Assembly (NCBI RefSeq): GCF_964355755.1
Contig: NC_092676.1
Location: 13,068,771-13,132,770 of the forward strand
DNA: 64,000 nucleotides
DNA from: Antedon mediterranea
Lineage: Eukaryota > Animalia > Echinodermata
Direction of reading: 5' to 3'
Positions 26,290 through 41,334 of the stretch are shown here, piece after piece. Each line of letters opens with the position of its first letter. The stretch's first letter is position 1. The notes under the pieces were generated by a model that was given only the letters and a program-made list of their open reading frames with translations, was not told where the DNA came from and made no database searches. The translations under genes were made by a program, and so were the position numbers.

Positions 26290-28675
26290 ACCGTTTTAGA
26301 GCATTTTGAGCATTTCGATAAAACTTTTCACACAAAAACATCAAAGTGTACAAAATAGCTTCAAATCACATTTGAAACCGTTTTAGACCATTTTGAGCAT
26401 TTCGATAAAACTTTTCACACAAAAACATCAAAGTGTACAAAATAGCTTCAAATCGCATTTGGAGACGTTTTAGACCATTTTGTGCATTTCGATGAAACTT
26501 GGTTACACAAAAACATCAAAGTGCTTAAAATTACATTTGAAAGCGTTTTAGAGCATTTTGAGCATTTCGATAATACTTTTCACACAAAAACATCAAAGTG
26601 TACAAAATAGCTTCAAATCGCATTTGGAGACGTTTTAGACCATTTTGTGCATTTCGATAAAACTTGGTTACACAAAAACATCAAAGTGCTTAAAATCACA
26701 TTTGAAACCGTTTTAGACCATTTTGAGCGTTTCGATAAAACTTTTCACACAAATAAATCAGAGTCCACAAAATAGCTTCAAATCGCATTTGGAGACGTTT
26801 TAGACTATTTTGTGCATTTCGAAAAAATTTGTTAACATAAAAAGACCAAAGTGTTTAGAATATCTCCAAATCGCATTTGGAGACGTTTTAAACCATTTTG
26901 TGCATTTCGATGGAACTTGGTTACACAAAAACATCAAAGTGCTTAAAATCACATTTAAAACCGTTTTAGAGCATTTTGAGCATTTCGATAAAACTTTTCA
27001 CACAAAAACATCAAAGTGTACAAAATAGCTTCAAATCGCATTTAGAGAGGTTTTAGACCATTTTGTGCATTTTGATAAAACTTTTCACACAAAAACATCA
27101 AATTGCACAAAATAGCTTAATACCATGTTTGAAATCGTTTTAAACCATTTTGAGCATGTCGATAAAACTTTTCACAAAAAAACATCAAAGTGCACAGAAT
27201 AGCTTCAAATCGCATTTGGAGACGTTTTAAACCATTTTGTGCATTTCGATAAAACTTTTCACATAAAAACATCAAAGTGTACAAAATAGCTTCAAATCGC
27301 ATTTAGAGACGTTTTAGACCATTTTGGGCATTTCGATGAAACTTGGTTACACAAATACATAAAAGTGCTTAAAATCACATTTAAAACCGTTTTAGAGCAT
27401 TTTGAGCATTTCGATAAAACTTTTCACACAAAAACATCAAAGTGTACAAAATAGCTTCAAATCACATTTGAAACCGTTTTAGACCATTTTGAGCATTTCG
27501 ATAAAACTTTTCACACAAAAACATCAAAGTGTACAAAATAGCTTCAAATCGCATTTGGAGACGTTTTAGACCATTTTGTGCATTTCGATGAAACTTGGTT
27601 ACACAAAAACATCAAAGTGCTTAAAATTACATTTGAAAGCGTTTTAGAGCATTTTGAGCATTTCGATAATACTTTTCACACAAAAACATCAAAGTGTACA
27701 AAATAGCTTCAAATCGCATTTGGAGACGTTTTAGACCATTTTGTGCATTTCGATGAAACTTGGTTACACAAAAACATCAAAGTGCTTAAAATCACATTTG
27801 AAACCGTTTTAGACCATTTTGAGCGTTTCGATAAAACTTTTCACACAAATAAATCAGAGTCCACAAAATAGCTTCAAATCGCATTTGGAGACGTTTTAGA
27901 CTAATTTGTGCATTTCGAAAAAATTTGTTAACATAAAAAGACCAAAGTGTTTAGAATATCTCCAAATCGCATTTGGAGACGTTTTAAACCATTTTGTGCA
28001 TTTCGATGGAACTTGGTTACACAAAAACATCAAAGTGCTTAAAATCACATTTAAAACCGTTTTAGAGCATTTTGAGCATTTCGATAAAACTTTTCACACA
28101 AAAACATCAAAGTGTACAAAATAGCTTCAAATCGCATTTAGAGAGGTTTTAGACCATTTTGTGCATTTTGATAAAACTTTTCACACAAAAACATCAAATT
28201 GCACAAAATAGCTTAATACCATGTTTGAAATCGTTTTAAACCATTTTGAGCATGTCGATAAAACTTTTCACAAAAAAACATCAAAGTGCACAGAATAGCT
28301 TCAAATCGCATTTGGAGACGTTTTAAACCATTTTGTGCATTTCGATAAAACTTTTCACATAAAAACATCAAAGTGTACAAAATAGCTTCAAATCGCATTT
28401 AGAGACGTTTTAGACCATTTTGGGCATTTCGATGAAACTTGGTTACACAAATACATAAAAGTGCTTAAAATCACATTTAAAACCGTTTTAGAGCATTTTG
28501 AGCATTTCGATAAAACTTTTCACACAAAAACATCAAAGTGTACAAAATAGCTTCAAATCACATTTGAAACCGTTTTAGACCATTTTGAGCATTTCGATAA
28601 AACTTTTCACAAAAAAACATCAAAGTGTACAAAATAGCTTCAAATCGCATTTGGAGACGTTTTAGACCATTTTGT
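26290..28675 (+). repeat. Local tandem duplication, 1096-bp (13-monomer) unit x2
   Basis: ORFs 26810/27906 and 27117/28213; markers aaataaatcagagtccac and aataccatg are duplicated at offset 1096. Confidence 0.85.
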
Positions 28676-29109
28676 GTATTTCGATGAAACTTGGTTACAC
28701 AAAAACATCAAAGTGCTTAAAATCACATTTGAAACCGTTTTAGAGCATTTTTAGCATTTCGATAATACTTTTCACACAAAAACATCAAAGTGTACAAAAT
28801 AGCTTCAAATCGCATTTGGAGACGTTTTAGACCATTTTGTGCATTTCGATGAAACTTGGTTACACAAAAACATCAAAGTGCTTAAAATCACATTTGAAAC
28901 CGTTTTAGACCATTTTGAGCATTTCGATAAAACTTTTCAGACAAAAAAATCAAAGTGCACAAAATAGCTTCAAATCGCATTTGGAGACGTTTTAGACTAT
29001 TTTGTGCATTTCGAAAAAATTTGTTAACATAAAAAGACCAAAGTGTTTAGAATATCTCCAAATCGCATTTAGAGACGTTTTAGACCATTTTGGGCATTTC
29101 GATGGAACT

Positions 29110-31640
29110 TGGTTACACAAAAACATCAAAGTGCTTAAAATCACATTTAAAACCGTTTTAGAGCATTTTGAGCATTTCGATAAAACTTTTCACACAAAAA
29201 CATCAAAGTGTACAAAATAGCTTCAAATCGCATTTAGAGAGGTTTTAGACCATTTTGTGCATTTCGATAAAACTTTTCACACAAAAACATCAAAGTGTAC
29301 AAAATAGCTTCAAATCGCATTTAGAGACGTTTTAGACCATTTTGTGCATTTCGATAAAACTTTTCACACAAAAACATCAAATTGCACAAAATAGCTTAAT
29401 ACCGTGTTTGAAATCGTTTTAAACCATTTTGAGCATGTCGATAAAACTTTTCACAAAAAAACATCAAAGTGCACAGAATAGCTTCAAATCGCATTTGGAG
29501 ACGTTTTAAACCATTTTGAGCATTTCGATAAAACTTTTCACACAAAAACATCAAAGTGTACAAAATAGCTTCAAATCGCATTTAGAGAGGTTTTAGACCA
29601 TTTTGTGCATTTCGATAAAACTTTTCACACAAAAACATCAAATTGCACAAAATAGCTTAATATCGTGTTTGAAAACGTTTTAAACCATTTTGAGCATGTC
29701 GATAAAACTTTTCACACAAAAATATCAAAGCGCACAGAATATCTTCAAATCGCATTTAGAGACGTTTTAGACCATTTTGTGCATTTCGAAAAAATTTGTT
29801 AACATAAAAAGACCAAAGCGTTTAGAATATCTCCAAATCGCATTTGGAGACGTTTTAGACCATTTTGTGCATTTCGATGAAACTTGGTTACACAAAAACA
29901 TCAAAGTGCTTAAAATCACATTTAAAACCGTTTTAGAGCGTTTTGAGCATTTCGATAAACTTTTCACACAAAAACATCAAAGTGCACAAAATAGCTTCAA
30001 ATCGCATTTAGAGATGTTTTAGACCATTTTGTGCATTTCGATAAAACTTTTCACACAAAAACATCAAATTGCACAAAATAGCTTAATACCGTGTTTGAAA
30101 TCGTTTTAAACCATTTTGAGCATGTCGATAAAACTTTTCACACAAAAACATCAAAGTGTACAAAATAGCTTCAAATCGCATTTAGAGAGGTTTTAGACCA
30201 TTTTGTGCATTTCGATAAAACTTTTCACACAAAAACATCAAAGTGTACAAAATAGCTTCAAATCGCATTTGGAGACGTTTTAGACCATTTTGTGCATTTC
30301 GATGAAACTTGGTTACACAAAAACATCAAAGTGCTTAAAATTACATTTGAAAGCGTTTTAGAGCATTTTGAGCATTTCGATAATACTTTTCACACAAAAA
30401 CATCAAAGTGTACAAAATAGCTTCAAATCGCATTTGGAGACGTTTTAGACCATTTTGTGCATTTCGATGAAACTTGGTTACACAAAAACATAAAAGTGCT
30501 TAAAATCACATTTGAAACCGTTTTAGACCATTTTGAGCGTTTCGATAAAACTTTTCACACAAAAACATCAAAGTGCACAGAATAGCTTCAAATCGCATTT
30601 GGAGACGTTTTAGACTATTTTGTGCATTTCGAAAAAATTTGTTAACATAAAAAGACCAAAGTGTTTAGAATATCTCCAAATCGCATTTGGAGACGTTTTA
30701 AACCATTTTGTGCATTTCGATGGAACTTGGTTACACAAAAACATCAAAGTGCTTAAAATCACATTTAAAACCGTTTTAGAGCATTTTGAGCATTTCGATA
30801 AAACTTTTCACACAAAAACATCAAAGTGTACAAAATAGCTTCAAATCGCATTTAGAGACGTTTTAGACCATTTTGTGCATTTTGTTAAAACTTTTCACAC
30901 AAAAACATCAAATTGCACAAAATAGCTTAATATTGTGTTTGAAAACGTTTTAAACCATTTTGAGCATGTCGATAAAACTTTTCACACAAAAATATCAAAG
31001 TGCCCAGAATATCTTCAAATCGCATTTAGAGACGTTTTAGACCATTTTGTTCATTTCGAAAAAATTTGTTAACATAAAAAGACCAAAGTGTTTAGATTAT
31101 CTCCAAATCGCATTTGGAGACGTTTTAGACCATTTTGTGTTTTTCGAAAAAACTTTTCACACAAAAACATCAAAGTGTACAAAATTGCTTCAAATCGCAT
31201 TTAGAGAGGTTTTAGACCATTTTGTGCATTTCGATAAAACTTTTCACACAAAAACATCAAAGTGCACAGAATATCTTAATACCGTGTCTGAAATCGTTTT
31301 AAACCATTTTGAGCATGTCGATAAAACTTTTCACACAAAAACATCAAAGTGCACAGAATATCTTCAAATCGCATTTAGAGACGTTTTAGACCATTTTGTG
31401 CATTTCGAAAAAATTTGTTAACATAAAAAGACCAAAGTGTTTAGAATATCTCCAAATCGCATTTGGAGACGTTTTAGACCATTTTGTGCATTTCGATGAA
31501 ACTTGGTTACACAAAAACATCAAAGTGCTTAAAATCACATTTGAAACCGTTTTAGAGCATTTTGAGCATTTCGATAAAACTTTTCACACAAAAACATCAA
31601 AGTGTACAAAATAGCTTCAAATCACATTTGAAACCGTTTT
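29110..31640 (+). repeat. Higher-order block recurring at ~54476-57005 (offset 25366); its 5' part also occurs at ~44130-45030 (offset 15021)
   Basis: ORFs 29396/29777/30620/31047/31396 vs 54762/55143/55986/56413/56762; marker tcaaagcgcacag is present in all three copies. Confidence 0.85.
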
Positions 31641-34600
31641 AGAGCGTTTTGAGCATTTCGATAAACTTTTTACACAAAAACATCAAAGTGCACAAAATAG
31701 CTTCAAATCGCATTTAGAGATGTTTTAGACCATTTTTTGCATTTCGATAAAATTTTTCACACAAAAACATCAAATTGCACAAAATAGCTTAATACCGTGT
31801 TTGAAATCATTTTAAACCATTTTGAGCATGTCGATAAAACTTTTCACACAAAAACATCAAAGTGCACAGAATATCTTCAAATCGCATTTAGAGACGTTTT
31901 AGACCATTTTGTGCATTTCGAAAAAATTTGTTAACAAATCATAAAAAGACCAAAGTGTTTAGAATATCTCCAAATCGCATTTGGAGACGTTTTAGACCAT
32001 TTTGTGCATTTCGATGAAACTTGGTTACACAAAAACATCAAAGTGCTTAAAATCACATTTGAAACCGTTTTAGAGCATTTTGAGCATTTCGATAAAACTT
32101 TTCACACAAAAACATCAAAGTGTACAAAATAGCTTCAAATCACATTTGAAACCGTTTTAGACCATTTTGAGCATTTCGATAAAACTTTTCACACAAAAAC
32201 ATCAAAGTGTACAGAATAGCTTCAAATCGCATTTGGAGACGTTTTAGACCATTTTTTGCATTTCGATGAAACTTGGTTACACAAAAACATCAAAGTGCTT
32301 AAAATCACATTTAAAACCGTTTTAGAGCATTTTGAGCATTTCGATAAAACTTTTCACACAAAAACATCAAAGTGTACAAAATAGCTTCAAATCGCATTTA
32401 GAGAGGTTTTAGACCATTTTGTGCATTTCGATAAAACTTTTCACACAAAAACATCAAAGTGTACAAAATAACTTCAAATCGTATTTAGAGACGTTTTAGA
32501 CCATTTTGTGCATTTTGTTAAAACTTTTCACACAAAAACATCAAATTGCACAAAATAGCTTAATATCGTGTTTGAAAACGTTTTAAACCATTTTGAGCAT
32601 GTCGATAAAACTTTTCACACAAAAATATCAAACTGCACAGAATATCTTCAAATCGCATTTAGAGACGTTTTAGACCATTTTGTGCATTTCGAAAAAATTT
32701 GTTAACATAAAAAGACCAAAGTGTTTAGAATATCTCCAAATCGCATTTGGAGACGTTTTAGACCATTTTGTGTTTTTCGAAAAAACTTTTCACACAAAAA
32801 CATCAAAGTGTACAAAATTGCTTCAAATCGCATTTGGAGACGTTTTAGACCATTTTGTGATTTTCGAAAAACTTTTCACACAAAAACATCAAAGTGTAGA
32901 AAATTGCTTCAAATCGCAAAAAAAATGTTTTGAGAGATGTTTTAAAACAATTTTGTGCATTTCGAAAAAATTTGTTAACATAAAAAGACCAAAGTGTTTA
33001 GAATATCTCCAAATCGCATTTGGAGACGTTTTAGACCATTTTGTGCATTTCGATGACACTTGGTTACACAAAAACATCAAAGTGCTTAAAATCACATTTA
33101 AAACCGTTTTAGAGCATTTTTAGCATTTCGATAATACTTTTCACACAAAAACATCAAAGTGTACAAAATAGCTTCAAATCGCATTTGGAGACGTTTTAGA
33201 CCATTTTGTGCGTTTCGATGAATCTTGGTTACACAAAAACATCAAAGTGCTTAAAATCACATTTAAAACCATTTTAGTGCATTTTGAGCATTTCGATAAA
33301 ACTTTTCACACAAAAACATCAAATTGCACAAAATAGCTTAATATCGTGTTTGAAAACGTTTTAGACCATTTTGAGCATGTCGATAAAACTTTTCACACAA
33401 AAACATAAAAGTGAACAGAATATCTTCAAATCGCATTTAGAGATGTTTTAGACCATTTTGTGCGTTTCGATAAAACTTCTCACACAAAAACATCAAATTG
33501 CACAAAATAGCTTAATATCGTGTTTGAAAACGTTTTAGACCATTTTGAGCATGTCGATAAAACTTTTCACACAAAAACATAAAAGTGCACAGAATAGCTT
33601 CAAATCGCATTTGGAGACGTTTTAGACCATTTTGTGCATTTCGAAAAAACTTTTTAACATAAAAACACCAAAGTGCTTAGAATAGCTTCAAATCGCATTT
33701 GGAGACGTTTTAGACCTTTTTGTGCATATCGATGAAACTTGGTTACACAAAAACATCAAAGTGCTTAAAATCACATTTGAAACCGTTTTAGAGCATTTTG
33801 AGCATTTCGATAAAACTTTTCACACAAAAACATCAAAGTGTACAAAATAGCTTCAAATCACATTTGAAACCGTTTTAGACCATTTTGAGCATTTCGATAA
33901 AACTTTTCACACAAAAACATCAAAGTGTACAAAATAGCTTCAAATCGCATTTGGAGACGTTTTAGACCATTTTGTGCATTTCGATGAAACTTGGTTACAC
34001 AAAAACATCAAAGTGCTTAAAATTACATTTGAAAGCGTTTTAGAGCATTTTGAGCATTTCGATAATACTTTTCACACAAAAACATCAAAGTGTACAAAAT
34101 AGCTTCAAATCGCATTTGGAGACGTTTTAGACCATTTTGTGCATTTTGATGAAACTTGGTTACACAAAAACATCAAAGTGCTTAAAATCACATTTGAAAC
34201 CGTTTTAGACCATTTTGAGCGTTTCGATAAAACTTTTCACACAAATAAATCAGAGTCCACAAAATAGCTTCAAATCGCATTTGGAGACGTTTTAGACTAT
34301 TTTGTGCATTTCGAAAAAATTTGTTAACATAAAAAGACCAAAGTGTTTAGAATATCTCCAAATCGCATTTGGAGACGTTTTAAACCATTTTGTGCATTTC
34401 GATGGAACTTGGTTACACAAAAACATCAAAGTGCTTAAAATCACATTTAAAACCGTTTTAGAGCATTTTGAGCATTTCGATAAAACTTTTCACACAAAAA
34501 CATCAAAGTGTACAAAATAGCTTCAAATCGCATTTAGAGAGGTTTTAGACAATTTTGTGCATTTTGATAAAACTTTTCACACAAAAACATCAAATTGCAC

Positions 34601-35129
34601 AAAATAGCTTAATACCATGTTTGAAATCGTTTTAAACCATTTTGAGCATGTCGATAAAACTTTTCACAAAAAAACATCAAAGTGCACAGAATAGCTTCAA
34701 ATCGCATTTAGAGACGTTTTAGACCATTTTGTGCATTTCGATGAAACTTGGTTACACAAAAACATCAAAGTGCTTAAAATCACATTTAAAACCGTTTTAG
34801 AGCGTTTTGAGCATTTCGATAAACTTTTTACACAAAAACATCAAAGTGCACAAAATAGCTTCAAATCGCATTTAGAGATGTTTTAGACCATTTTGTGCAT
34901 TTCGATAAAACTTTTCACACAAAAACATCAAATTGCACAAAATAGCTTAATACCGTGTTTGAAATCATTTTAAACCATTTTGAGCATGTCGTAAAACTTT
35001 TCACACAAAAACATCAAAGTGCACAGAATATCTTCAAATCGCATTTAGAGACGTTTTAGACCATTTTGTGCATTTCGAAAAAATTTAACATAAAAAGACC
35101 AAAGTTTTTAGAATATCTCCAAATCGCAA

Positions 35130-36815
35130 TTTGAGACGTTTTAGACCATTTTGTGCATTTCGATGAAACTTGGTTACACAAAAACATCAAAGTGCTTAAA
35201 ATCACATTTGAAAGCGTTTTAGAGCATTTTTAGCATTTCGATAATACTTTTCACACAAAAACATCAAAGTGCACAAAATAGCTTCAAATCGCATTTAGAG
35301 ATGTTTTAGACCATTTTGTGCATTTCGATAAAACTTTTCACACAAAAACATCAAATTGCACAAAATAGCTTAATACCGTGTTTGAAATCATTTTAAACCA
35401 TTTTGAGCATGTCGATAAAACTTTTCACACAAAAACATCAAAGTGTTTAGAATATCTCCAAATCGCATTTGGAGACGTTTTAGACCATTTTGTGCATTTC
35501 GATGAAACTTGGTTACACAAAAACATCAAAGTGCTTAAAATCACATTTGAAACCGTTTTAGAGCATTTTGAGCATTTCGATAAAACTTTTCAAACAAAAA
35601 CATCAAAGTGTACAAAATAGCTTCAAATCACATTTGAAACCGTTTTAGACCATTTTGAGCATTTCGATAAAACTTTTCACACAAAAACATCAAAGTGTAC
35701 AAAATAGCTTCAAATCGCATTTGGAGACGTTTTAGACCATTTTGTGCATTTCGATGAAACTTGGTTACACAAAAACATCAAAGTGCTTAAAATCACATTT
35801 GAAACCGTTTTAGAGCATTTTTAGCATTTCGATAATACTTTTCACACAAAACATCAAAGTGTACAAAATAGCTTCAAATCGCATTTGGAGACGTTTTAGA
35901 CCATTTTGTGCATTTCGATGAAACTTGGTTACACAAAAACATCAAAGTGCTTAAAATCACATTTGAAACCGTTTTAGACCATTTTGAGCATTTCGATAAA
36001 ACTTTTCACACAAAAAAATCAAAGTGCACAAAATAGCTTCAAATCGCATTTGGGGACGTTTTAGACTATTTTGTGCATTTCGAAAAAAATTGTTAACATA
36101 AAAAGACCAAAGTGTTTAGAATATCTCCAAATCGCATTTGGAGACGTTTTAAACCATTTTGTGCATTTCGATGGAACTTGGTTACACAAAAACATCAAAG
36201 TGCTTAAAATCACATTTAAAACCGTTTTAGAGCATTTTTAGCATTTCGATAAAACTTTTCACACAAAAACATCAAAGTGTACAAAATAGCTTCAAATCGC
36301 ATTTAGAGAGGTTTTAGACAATTTTGTGCATTTCGATAAAACTTTTCACACAAAAACATCAAAGTGTACAAAATAGCTTCAAATTGCATTTAGAGACGTT
36401 TTAGACCATTTTGTGCATTTCGATAAAACTTTTCACACAAAAACATCAAATTGCACAAAATCGTTTTAAACCATTTTAAATCGTTTTAAACCATTTTGAG
36501 CATGTCGATAAAACTTTTCACAAAAAACATCAAAGTGCACAGAATAGCTTCAAATTGCATTTGGAGACGTTTTAGAGCATTTTGTGCATTTCGATAAAAT
36601 GTGTTAACATAAAAAGACCAAAGTGTTTAGAATATCTTCAAATCACATTTGGAGACGTTTTAGACCATTTTTTGCATTTCGATGAAACTTGGTTACACAA
36701 AAACATCAAAGTGCTTAAAATCACATTTGAAACCGTTTTAGAGCATTTTGAGCATTTCGATAAAACTTTTCACACAAAAACATCAAAGTGTACAAATTAG
36801 CTTCAAATCGCATTT
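35130..36815 (+). repeat. Higher-order block recurring at ~40290-41975 (offset 5157); related segment at ~14520-15800
   Basis: ORFs 35378/36582 vs 40535/41739; shared chimeric A/C monomer, ttttcaaacaaaa and gtacaaattag. Confidence 0.85.
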
Positions 36816-39800
36816 AGAGAGGTTTTAGACCATTTTGAGCATTTCGATAAAACTTTTCACACAAAAACATCAAAGTGTACAAAATAGCTTCAAATCGCAT
36901 TTAGAGACGTTTTAGACCATTTTGGGCATTTCGATGAAACTTGGTTACACAAATACATAAAAGTGCTTAAAATCACATTTAAAACCGTTTTAGAGCATTT
37001 TGAGCATTTCGATAAAACTTTTCACACAAAAACATCAAAGTGTACAAAATAGCTTCAAATCACATTTGAAACCGTTTTAGACCATTTTGAGCATTTCGAT
37101 AAAACTTTTCACACAAAAACATCAAAGTGTACAAAATAGCTTCAAATCGCATTTGGAGACGTTTTAGACCATTTTGTGTATTTAGATGAAACTTGGTTAC
37201 ACAAAAACATCAAAGTGCTTAAAATCACATTTGAAACCGTTTTAGAGCATTTTTAGCATTTCGATAATACTTTTCACACAAAAACATCAAAGTGTACAAA
37301 ATAGCTTCAAATCGCATTTGGAGACGTTTTAGACCATTTTGTGCATTTCGATGAAACTTGGTTACACAAAAACATCAAAGTGCTTAAAATCACATTTGAA
37401 ACCGTTTTAGACCATTTTGAGCATTTCGATAAAACTTTTCAGACAAAAAAATCAAAGTGCACAAAATAGCTTCAAATCGCATTTGGAGACGTTTTAGACT
37501 ATTTTGTGCATTTCGAAAAAATTTGTTAACATAAAAAGACCAAAGTGTTTAGAATATCTCCAAATCGCATTTAGAGACGTTTTAGACCATTTTGGGCATT
37601 TCGATGGAACTTGGTTACACAAAAACATCAAAGTGCTTAAAATCACATTTAAAACCGTTTTAGAGCATTTTGAGCATTTCGATAAAACTTTTCACACAAA
37701 AACATCAAAGTGTACAATATAGCTTCAAATCGCATTTAGAGAGGTTTTAGACCATTTTGTGCATTTCGATAAATCTTTTCACACAAAAACATCAAAGTGT
37801 ACAAAATAACTTCAAATCGTATTTAGAGACGTTTTAGACCATTTTGTGCATTTTGATAAAACTTTTCACACAAAAACATCAAATTGCACAAAATAGCTTA
37901 ATATCGTGTTTGAAAACGTTTTAAACCATTTTGAGCATGTCGATAAAACTTTTCACACAAAAACATCAAATTGCACAAAATAGCTTAATATCGTGTTTGA
38001 AAACGTTTTAAACCATTTTGAGCATGTCGATAAAACTTTTCACACAAAAATATCAAAGTGCACAGAATATCTTCAAATCGCATTTAGAGACGTTTTAGAC
38101 CATTTTGTGCATTTCGAAAAAATTTGTTAACATAAAAAGACCAAAGTGTTTAGAATATCTCCAAATCGCATTTGGAAACGTTTTAGACCATTTTGTGCAT
38201 TTCAATGAAACTTGGTTACACAAAAACATCAAAGTGCTTAAAATCACATTTGAAACCGTTTTAGAGCATTTTTAGCATTTCGATAATACTTTTCACACAA
38301 AAACATCAAAGTGTACAAAATAGCTTCAAATCGCATTTGGAGACGTTTTAGACCATTTTGTGCATTTCGATGAAACTTGGTTACACAAAAACATCAAAGT
38401 GCTTAAAATCACATTTGAAACCGTTTTAGACCATTTTGAGCATTTCGATAAAACTTTTCACACAAAAGAATCAAAGTGCACAAAATAGCTTCAAATCGCA
38501 TTTGGAGACGTTTTAGACTATTTTGTGCATTTCGAAAAAATTTGTTAACATAAAAAGATCAAAGTGTTTAGAATAACTCCAAATCGCATTTGGAGACGTT
38601 TTAAACCATTTTGTGAATTTCGATGGAACTTGGTTACACAAAAACATCAAAGTGCTTAAAATCACATTTAAAACCGTTTTAGAGCATTTTGAGCATTTCG
38701 ATAAAACTTTTCACACAAAAACATCAAAGTGTACAAAATAGCTTCAAATCGCATTTAGAGAGGTTTTAGACCATTTTGTGCATTTCGATAAAACTTTTCA
38801 CACAAAAACATCAAAGTGTACAAAATAGCTTCAAATCGCATTTAGAGACGTTTTAGACCATTTTGTGCATTTCGATAAAACTTTTCACACAAAAACATCA
38901 AATTGCACAAAATAGCTTAATACCGTGTTTGAAATCGTTTTAAACCATTTTGAGCATGTCGATAAAACTTTTCACAAAAAAACATCAAAGTGCACAGAAT
39001 AGCTTCAAATCGCATTTAGAGAAGTTTTAGACCATTTTGTGCATTTCGATAAAACTTTTCACACAAAAACATCAAATTGCACAAAATAGCTTAATATCGT
39101 GTTTGAAAACGTTTTAAACCATTTTGAGCATGTCGATAAAACTTTTCACACAAAAATATCAAAGTGCACAGAATATCTTCAAATCGCATTTAGAGACGTT
39201 TTAGACCATTTTGTGCATTTCGAAAAAATTTGTTAACATAAAAAGACTAAAGTGTTTAGAATATCTCCAAATCGCATTTGGAGACGTTTTAGACCATTTT
39301 GTGCATTTCGATGAAACTTGGTTACACAAAAACATCAAAGTGCTTAAAATCACATTTGAAACCGTTTTAGAGCATTTTGAGCATTTCGATAAAACTTTTC
39401 ACACAAAAACATCAAAGTGTACAAAATAGCTTCAAATCACATTTGCAACCGTTTTAGACCATTTTGAGCATTTCGATAAAACTTTTCACACAAAAACATC
39501 AAAGTGTACAAAATAGCTTCAAATCGCATTTGGAGACGTTTTAGACCATTTTGTGCATTTCGATGAAACTTGGTTACACAAAAACATCAAAGTCCTTAAA
39601 ATCACATTTGAAACCGTTTTAGACCATTTTGAGCATTTCGATAAAACTTTTCAGACAAAAAAATCAAAGTGCACAAAATAGCTTCAAATCGCATTTGGAG
39701 ACGTTTTAGACTATTTTGTGCATTTCGAAAAAATTTGTTAACATAAAAAGACCAAAGTGTTTAGAATATCTCCAAATCGCATTTAGAGACGTTTTAGACC

Positions 39801-41334
39801 ATTTTGGGCATTTCGATGGAACTTGGTTACACAAAAACATCAAAGTGCTTAAAATCACATTTGAAACCGTTATAGAGCATTTTTAGCATTTCGATAAAAC
39901 TTTTCACACAAAAACATCAAAGTGTACAAAATAGCTTCAAATCACATTTGAAACCGTTTTAGACCATTTTGAGCATTTCGATAAAACTTTTCACACAAAA
40001 ACATCAAAGTGTACAGAATAGCTTCAAATCGCATTTGGAGACGTTTTAGACCATTTTGTGCATTTCGATGAAACTTGGTTACACAAAAACATCAAAGTGC
40101 TTAAAATCACATTTGAAACCGTTTTAGAGCATTTTTAACATTTCGATAATACTTTTCACACAAAAACATCAAAGTGTACAAAATAGCTTCAAATCACATT
40201 TGAAACCGTTTTAGACCATATTGAGCATTTCGATAAAAGTTTTCACACAAAAACATCAAAGTGTACAAAATAGCTTCAAATCGCATTTGGAGACGTTTTA
40301 GACCATTTTGTGCATTTCGATGAAACTTGGTTACACAAAAACATCAAAGTGCTTAAAATCACATTTGAAAGCGTTTTAGAGCATTTTTAGCATTTCGATA
40401 ATACTTTTCACACAAAAACATCAAAGTGCACAAAATAGCTTCAAATCGCATTTAGAGATGTTTTAGACCATTTTGTGCATTTCGATAAAACTTTTCACAC
40501 AAAAACATCAAATTGCACAAAATAGCTTAATACCGTGTTTGAAATCATTTTAAACCATTTTGAGCATGTCGATAAAACTTTTCACACAAAAACATCAAAG
40601 TGTTTAGAATATCTCCAAATCGCATTTGGAGACGTTTTAGACCATTTTGTGCATTTCGATGAAACTTGGTTACACAAAAACATCAAAGTGCTTAAAATCA
40701 CATTTGAAACCGTTTTAGAGCATTTTGAGCATTTCGATAAAACTTTTCAAACAAAAACATCAAAGTGTACAAAATAGCTTCAAATCACATTTGAAACCGT
40801 TTTAGACCATTTTGAGCATTTCGATAAAACTTTTCACACAAAAACATCAAAGTGTACAAAATAGCTTCAAATCGCATTTGGAGACGTTTTAGACCATTTT
40901 GTGCATTTCGATGAAACTTGGTTACACAAAAACATCAAAGTGCTTAAAATCACATTTGAAACCGTTTTAGAGCATTTTTAGCATTTCGATAATACTTTTC
41001 ACACAAAACATCAAAGTGTACAAAATAGCTTCAAATCGCATTTGGAGACGTTTTAGACCATTTTGTGCATTTCGATGAAACTTGGTTACACAAAAACATC
41101 AAAGTGCTTAAAATCACATTTGAAACCGTTTTAGACCATTTTGAGCATTTCGATAAAACTTTTCACACAAAAAAATCAAAGTGCACAAAATAGCTTCAAA
41201 TCGCATTTGGGGACGTTTTAGACTATTTTGTGCATTTCGAAAAAAATTGTTAACATAAAAAGACCAAAGTGTTTAGAATATCTCCAAATCGCATTTGGAG
41301 ACGTTTTAAACCATTTTGTGCATTTCGATGGAAC

